This document shows, piece by piece, positions 19,101-25,100 of a stretch of DNA of 64,000 nt (positions are counted from its first letter, which is position 1; each line of letters begins with the position of its first letter). The notes under the pieces were generated by a model. That model searched no databases. It saw nothing but the letters and a program-made list of their open reading frames with translations, and was not told the origin of the DNA. The translations under genes and the position numbers were made by a program. This stretch comes from an uncultured Gammaproteobacteria bacterium. Lineage in GTDB: Bacteria; Pseudomonadota; Gammaproteobacteria; Xanthomonadales; SZUA-38. The DNA is taken from positions 7,856-71,855 of the forward strand of contig CAZLJY010000002.1 of NCBI GenBank assembly GCA_964559945.1, read 5' to 3'.

Positions 19101-19548
19101 TATTCTGGGCGCCATCAACAGTGGTGTTGCGCTAACTAACTACTTCGGCCACTCCGGATTCACCGAATGGGGACGAACCGATCGACTGCTCACTTCAAAC
19201 GACGTGGATACACTCAGCAATGTCGGCTTGCCCACCGTGGTCAATCAGTGGGGTTGCTGGAATGCTTACTACGTATCACCGTTTGCCGACACGCTGGCTC
19301 ATCGCTTCTTGATTGGCGGCGAACACGGGGCTGCCGCGATCCTCGGCCCAGTATCCCTAACCCGGCTGTCGTCCGAACAACTACTAAGCAACTTGAGTTT
19401 CGCCGAGATGGTCAGCGCTGGACAATCCGTCGGCCAATCGATCGTGAATGGCAAACAAGAACTAGCAGCTAATCACGAGAACCGCGAAGACGTTGTTCTG
19501 GGCTTCACCCTGCTAGGTGACCCGGCAATTCAGATAGAAAACGAATGA
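10168..19548 (+). CDS. Giant (3126 aa) secreted multidomain surface protein with a C-terminal peptidase C25 (gingipain-like) domain
   Basis: AAAGGA lies 8 nt upstream of the ATG and there is an 18-nt gap from the barrel gene. The signal peptide is [17 protein letters not shown]. DUF11/TIGR01451-type modules are present ([14 protein letters not shown]..., [15 protein letters not shown]..., [15 protein letters not shown]...LPAGTSY). It also has a LamG-like domain, 10 SdrD-B-like repeats and a C25 domain. Confidence 0.9.
   Translation: [3126 protein letters not shown]
11781..12460 (+). other. LamG / concanavalin-A-like lectin domain within the 3126-aa protein
   Basis: [26 protein letters not shown]...FALEAWVQP...ARIVHSS...[18 protein letters not shown]...[15 protein letters not shown] follows the Laminin_G_3 pattern. 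Confidence 0.6.
13594..17043 (+). repeat. Ten tandem SdrD-B-like (Cna-B fold, Ca-binding) repeats of about 100-125 aa
   Basis: The recurring motif is GDxVW/FxDxNGNGxxDxGExGxxGVTVxL...DGxYxFxxLxPGxYxV, e.g. [30 protein letters not shown]...[18 protein letters not shown]. Confidence 0.8.
18500..19545 (+). other. Peptidase C25 (gingipain-like) catalytic domain with an intact His/Cys dyad
   Basis: The domain begins [37 protein letters not shown] and continues [15 protein letters not shown]...ALGRFPVRT. The candidate catalytic His is in NYFGHSG (codon 19150-19152). The candidate Cys is in [10 protein letters not shown] (19255-19257), 35 residues later. The domain ends LLGDPAIQ. Confidence 0.75.
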
Positions 19549-19560
19549 CCTAGGGGTACC

Positions 19561-19587
19561 GCGCCGCAATCAATAAAATTGCGGCGC
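19561..19587. terminator. Hairpin between the convergent giant-protein and kynureninase-like genes (probable shared terminator)
   Basis: A 10-bp stem pairs GCGCCGCAAT (19561-19570) with ATTGCGGCGC (19578-19587) around the loop CAATAAA. It lies 13 nt after the TGA at 19546-19548. The flanking T-tracts are weak. Confidence 0.5.
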
Positions 19588-19746
19588 GAACCTTTAGATA
19601 CAAGCTGACATAGATCCCGCGCCGTGGCAGCGCAGACCTTAGGCATCCATCCTATTGCGGATCTTTGTCAGCTGTCATACGGGCAAATCGACCGTGGCCA
19701 TTGGGCTAGGGAAACCTCTACCGGCAGCGGCTGATATTCGCCTTCT

Positions 19747-20856
19747 CTACTGGGGAAGGCATTGGAGAATCTTTTCAATATCTTGCACAGTATTGTAAAG
19801 ATGGGGAGACAGACGGACGCCCTCATTGCGTGCATCAAAGTAAATTTCCGCGTTGCCCAGATTTTTCTCAAAATCTGATTGCCGCTCACCAAAGTTTAGT
19901 ACCACTGAACCGCCCCGCTGTATCGGATCGATCGGGGACACTTGGAACTCCGGCGCCACAGCGCTGCATAACTTTTCGCTAAGTTCTTGGTTGTGGCCCT
20001 GGATTGACCTTAGTCCGACATTAAGCAAACACTCAATCGAATGAGCGGCTGTCAAACACGGTGCAACGCTGGGAGTCGCCCCCCAGAAGCGAAGAGCATC
20101 GGGCGCGTATTTAAAATGATGAATATCAAATTCAAAGGGATTGGCGTGGGAAAACCAACCTACATCCCGTGGCTGACATTGCTCCACTTGCTCAGGATTG
20201 ACCCACAAAAAACCGGCGCCGGAACCACCACACAACCATTTCAGACAAGAACCCGCGATGAAGTCGACATTCCACTCATTGGCGTCTATTGGTCGGATGC
20301 CAATAGACTGGGCCACATCGACAATACTCACGATGCCCCGTTCACGGGCTATCGTCGCCAAAGGCGCAATATCGTGACATTCACTGGTATTGGAATGCAC
20401 ATGGGTTAGCAGCACGGCATGCACCTGGTGGTCCATAAACCGATCCCAGGTTGCCGGGTTCAAGGTATTTTCGCTGCGGGGAACCATCACGGGTTCGAAG
20501 CCCAAATTCCGGGCATTGGAAAAGACAAACCCTAGTGATGGGAAGGCTCGCTCAGAAATCAGCAGTTTGTTTCGACCTTTTCGCACGGGCAGTGCACCCA
20601 AGACCTGACTGACGGCAGCGGAAACGTTGGGCTGGGGACAAATCATGTCTGGCTGGTGCTGCAATACCTGAGCCAGGCCTTGCCTAAACGTATCAATGGC
20701 TGCTAACCAATGTGGCCACAGCTGGTCGTCTCCGGCCGTCCAAGGCGCCAATAGCGTGTCTTCTAAATGGGCCTTGAGGGAGGTTGGCGGAATACCCGCA
20801 GAGTGGTTCAACAGGTATCCTGGCGCAGCTGCCCAAGCGTCCGGAATGCTTAGCAT
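19747..20856 (-). CDS. Kynureninase-family PLP-dependent hydrolase (short form, 369 aa)
   Basis: LLTHVHSNTSECHDI, DVAQSIG and FIAGSCLKWLCGGSGAGFLWV (PLP lysine) parallel kynureninase LTHVNYKTG...GCTYKYLNGGPG..FVWV. GWFSH parallels GWFGH. The ATG overlaps the upstream gene's stop by 7 nt. Confidence 0.75.
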   Translation of the reverse strand: MLSIPDAWAAAPGYLLNHSAGIPPTSLKAHLEDTLLAPWTAGDDQLWPHWLAAIDTFRQGLAQVLQHQPDMICPQPNVSAAVSQVLGALPVRKGRNKLLISERAFPSLGFVFSNARNLGFEPVMVPRSENTLNPATWDRFMDHQVHAVLLTHVHSNTSECHDIAPLATIARERGIVSIVDVAQSIGIRPIDANEWNVDFIAGSCLKWLCGGSGAGFLWVNPEQVEQCQPRDVGWFSHANPFEFDIHHFKYAPDALRFWGATPSVAPCLTAAHSIECLLNVGLRSIQGHNQELSEKLCSAVAPEFQVSPIDPIQRGGSVVLNFGERQSDFEKNLGNAEIYFDARNEGVRLSPHLYNTVQDIEKILQCLPQ

Positions 20857-22034
20857 GGCTGGACTCCCAGGTGATTGCGGATGGTTTGCATATCCTTATA
20901 GCGACTGAGAATGTCATCTCGCGCAGCGGCAGTGCGCAAATCTTTTAGTTTTTCCAGCGCTGCTAATAACACTTCAAGAGGAGGCCCACTGGCAGTGATA
21001 TTTTTAAGGTGTTCGGTCGCCAGGGCATTGGATGGCTGTTGAATATAACGTTTCACCAATTGATCATGATGCTGGGTTGCTGTCACGCCATGGGCATCGC
21101 AAACCTTTACAAACAGTTCAACGTTGCGGTCGAAATAGGGCCCACCGTCGCCGGAGTGCAGACAATCAAGAATTTGATCCATTAGACTTTGCCGACGCAT
21201 GCAGTCTCGCAATCGGCTCTGATCGACCGGCGACATATACATAAATTTATCCACTAGCAATTGGGAATACGAGGTGTCCTCAGCCTGGCATAGCCCTAAC
21301 AACAGATCGATTTCATTGATGCCAGCAAAGTCTCCTGCGTTTGCACCTCGATATTCGGTTCGCCCAACCCGGTAAGGCTTATAGTAGGGCCTCACTGAAT
21401 AAAAAAAGCGGTCGGTATCAAGCTGGTCAAAAAGATGCTGGTTGTTTTGCGCGACCTCTTCCAAAGCGTTTTTTGCTGCGACCAGGAGGTCGGCAGTAAC
21501 GGGATGGGTTATACCCAAAGGTACCGTGTTAACCAATGCATCCGCCGCGCGTTTGAAGGCGAAAATTCCGCGGGTGTTGTAGTCAAGAAATAGAGCTTCG
21601 TCGTGGAGCGAGGTGAAACACCGGTATCGCCCGTTTTCCGCCAGGTTATGAGTCGATAAATGACTGGTTGCGAAGCGCGGAGCAACACCCAGTGAGGCGC
21701 CAATGTGCATAGCCAATCCGGAGGCCTCTACTAACGGCGAGGTTTGTTCCCGTGAAGGCTCTGTCAGTTCATGACGACGACAGGCTCCCATGTACAAGCC
21801 CACATCACCTAATAGGGCAAAGGCCGCCTCAAAACCTTCATCGGTGTTGCCTTCCCGATGCAGCTCGGCGATAAGTGCTCTACCCTCTTCTAACAAAGTA
21901 GTGCGTAATGACTGCCCGACCGCACCGACGTCTGCTCTGTCCTGCTGAGCAAAATAGAGGTTTTCCAGTTCGGTGTTGATTTCGATAAAGTCGCTGCGCA
22001 TCCAGGCGTAGAACTTTCTGACGTTAGTACTCAC
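20850..22034 (-). CDS. PrnB-like protein (monodechloroaminopyrrolnitrin synthase family; heme enzyme with TDO/IDO-type fold)
   Basis: [39 protein letters not shown] aligns by eye with my remembered PrnB sequence [50 protein letters not shown] aligns with APHLKLAERAY. I prefer the GTG at 22034, which is preceded by AAGGAAG-N5, over the ORF-track TTG at 22082. Confidence 0.65.
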   Translation of the reverse strand: [394 protein letters not shown]

Positions 22035-22196
22035 CAGGACTTCCTTGGCTCGGAGAAACAAGCGGGAAGTATTCCACAGCAAAACAATTCACGTCATAGG
22101 AAATTTATCCCACTGAATGATCATGCATAGAAAGTACTGCGATGGATTGATGGAGCCGACCCCAGCGATCGCTGAAGCCGGCGCCAATATTTAGGT

Positions 22197-25100
22197 TCAA
22201 CAGTCTCGACGGATCAGGCGACCTCTAGCAACCAACATCAGTAACATCATCATTATCAACAATGCCCAAGTATTGGTGGTAGGAATGGTCAACGGACGCA
22301 AGGTGGTAGTGATCACCGTGGGATCACTATTGTTACCCGGACCATCACCCTCAGGGTCGGCGTCTATGCCGTTTTGGGAGATATCGCTGACAGCACGGGA
22401 GGCGCCGATAGCCGTGGCAGTGGCGGTATTGGCATAGGGCGGCGCGGAGTCGCGGGCAAAGACCAAAACGGACAGCCGGATGAGGCCACTTTCACCCACA
22501 GCCAGAGAGTCCGTTCCAGCCAATAAATTGACGTCCGAATCGCCGTCATAGTTATCGTTAACCGTGAGCTCTGCCGAGAAAAGGTTTGTCACCTCAAAGG
22601 TCGCCGGTGCTGGGAATGTCGATACCAGGTCATCAACCACCTGAATCTGATCCAAGTCTACTTGGCCGGTGTTAAACACCCTCAGCTGGTAGCTAACCAG
22701 CGCGCTGTTGTCTGGCAACACCGCAGTGTAACCAGGCTGCGGCAACTCAACGTTGGCCAGATTTTTAGCCAGTCCAATCTCACCTAAGCCGGCGCCTCCA
22801 AGGGGGACGACGGTTGGGTCGCCGCCAACAACAGAGCCTGGATCATCGGAACTCACTGGGTCGGTCTCGTCCGAGTCCACCACTGCTTGGTTAATGATGG
22901 AACTCACGTCCCCTGGCAATGGGTCGTTTATCCGCACTTGGAAGGCCACAGTTTGTGTGGTGTTGGCAGCCATAGAGCCAAGGTTTACCGCAATACTGGT
23001 TTGCCCTGCACCGTTGCCGGTGATGACAGTGCCTGCACTGGTTATCACACTGCCATTAATTAACAGCGTATTGATATCCGGTGTGTCACTTAAGGTGACA
23101 TTGTTCGCCGTGCCGTTACCCACGTTTCGAATGGTCAACAAGTAGTCTATTCGATCACCACTGTTGTTCAGGCCATCAGCGTTGTCATCAAAGATGTTGA
23201 TCGCCGCCTTGCTTAACTCAAGGATGGGGTCCGCATCAATCGGCGTGCCGGTCGGGTCGTCATCGGTGGGTGAGTCCGGATCGTCCGTGGGCTCATCAGG
23301 GATGGTCGGGCCGGTGACCAGCCCTTGGTTGAACACCTGAGAGGCGTTGTTGATCACTGGGCTATTAATCGTCACGTCAAAACTGACCGTCACGCTGGCG
23401 CCACCAGCGAGGGTACCCACATTAATCTCGACGTCAGTATCCGCGCCGCCATTGCCGCGAGTCACGATTCCCTGACTAGTCTGCACGCTGCCAGGCACCA
23501 ATGTGGTGTTAACGTCAGGCGTATCGGTGAACACAATTCCGGACGCCCCAGCGTTACCACTGTTTGAAATGGTCACAATGTAGGTCAGCGTGTCACCCGG
23601 TGAGCCAACGCTATTGTTGTCCGCATCAACACTTAAGGTATCGGTTTTACTGGCCTCAATAACCGGATTAGAAGTCACTGGCGTGTCGGTGGTGTCGTCA
23701 TCGTCCGGGGTGTCCGGATCATCAGAGGGTGCAACCGGCGCGTTATCACTGAATACCACCGCTTGGTTGGATACCGAGGTGACATCGGCAGGAAGTGGAC
23801 TGTTAATGGTCACGTCAAACGACAGCGAGACCGTATTACCACCAGCGATATCGCCGAAATCTACAGCCACATCAATATCCCCAGGGGTATTGCCCTGAGT
23901 CACCGTTCCCTGAGAGGTCACCACTGAGCCAACCACTAAGGTGACGTTAGGATCCAGGTTATCGTTGGCAAAGGTGCTTATGGCCGCCTGGTTGCCGTCG
24001 TTGTTGACAGTAACAATATAAGTCAGGGTGTCGCCGGGAGAAGGCGAACCACTGCCATCGGCATCAACTCTTAGGATGTCAGTTTTGAGTACCTCCAGAT
24101 CCGGCGCAGCAACAATCGGCACCTCGGTCGGATCTCCGTTCGGAGCATCATCGGGATCATCCGTGGGCACTGTCGGCAGTTCGTTACTACCTACCAAGCC
24201 TTGGTTAACCAGTTCAGTCACACCCGCCGGCAGCGGCGAGTTCACGGTGGTCTGGTAACTGATGGATACTGAACTTGCGCCGCTCAGCCCACCAATATCG
24301 ATGGTGATAGTGCTATCACCCGCACCGTTACCGGTAACCACGGTGCCCGCGGAGCTTGCCACACTGCCGTTGACTAAGGTGGAGTTAATGTCCGGTATGT
24401 CCGTGTACTGAACGCCGGTAGCACCACCGTTACCGATATTGTCAATAACAATTGTGTAGAGCAGCGTATCGCCGGGACTGACAGCCCCGTTGTTATCGGC
24501 ATCGTTCTGCAGAGCAACAGCTTTGCTCGCTTCAATGATTGGCGCTGAGGTCACCGGTGTTGGCGTTGGATCATCTTCATCAGGGCTGTCCGGGTCATCC
24601 GTCGGCTCGGTGGGCTGCTGATCAGAGTCAACAGCGCCCTGGTTGGACAGTAACGTTACGCCCGCTGGCAATGGGTTGTTGATCGTGACATCAAAGGTAA
24701 TGGTCACACTACCTCCCCCGCCAGGGATGCCGCCTATAGCTACCGCCACCTGGGTATCACCCGCGGTGTTGCCAAGGGTGACTGTTCCCATGGTTGTTGC
24801 CACCGAGCCGGCTACTAGCGTGGTATTGGCATCGGGGATGTCTGTGAACTGAACCCCGGACGCGCCGCCGTTGCCGCCATTGAGCACCGTCACGGTGTAT
24901 CGCAGCGTGTCACCTGGCGATGCAATCGTGTCGCCGTCGGCATCCACCAACAAACTGTCGGCTTTAAAGGCTTCCAGGTTGGTGGCCGAGGTTAGCGGTA
25001 CCACGGTGGGATCGTCATCTGGCGGACCATCCAAATCGTTGGAAGGCTCCGCTGGTAGGCCATCGCCACTGACAAAGGCTTGGTTCACCAACTGGCTGAC

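Noticed and set aside
10168-19548. Many minus-strand ORFs inside the 3126-aa gene (e.g. 12751-13266, 12990-13460, 16966-17397)
   Set aside because: They are antisense to a continuous 9.4-kb frame that has clear domain content. They are typical GC-rich third-position artefacts.
19747-22082. A pyrrolnitrin (prnABCD) biosynthetic cluster
   Set aside because: Only a PrnB-like gene is present. There is no flavin halogenase (prnA/prnC) and no Rieske oxygenase (prnD) in the window. The partner is a kynureninase-like enzyme instead.
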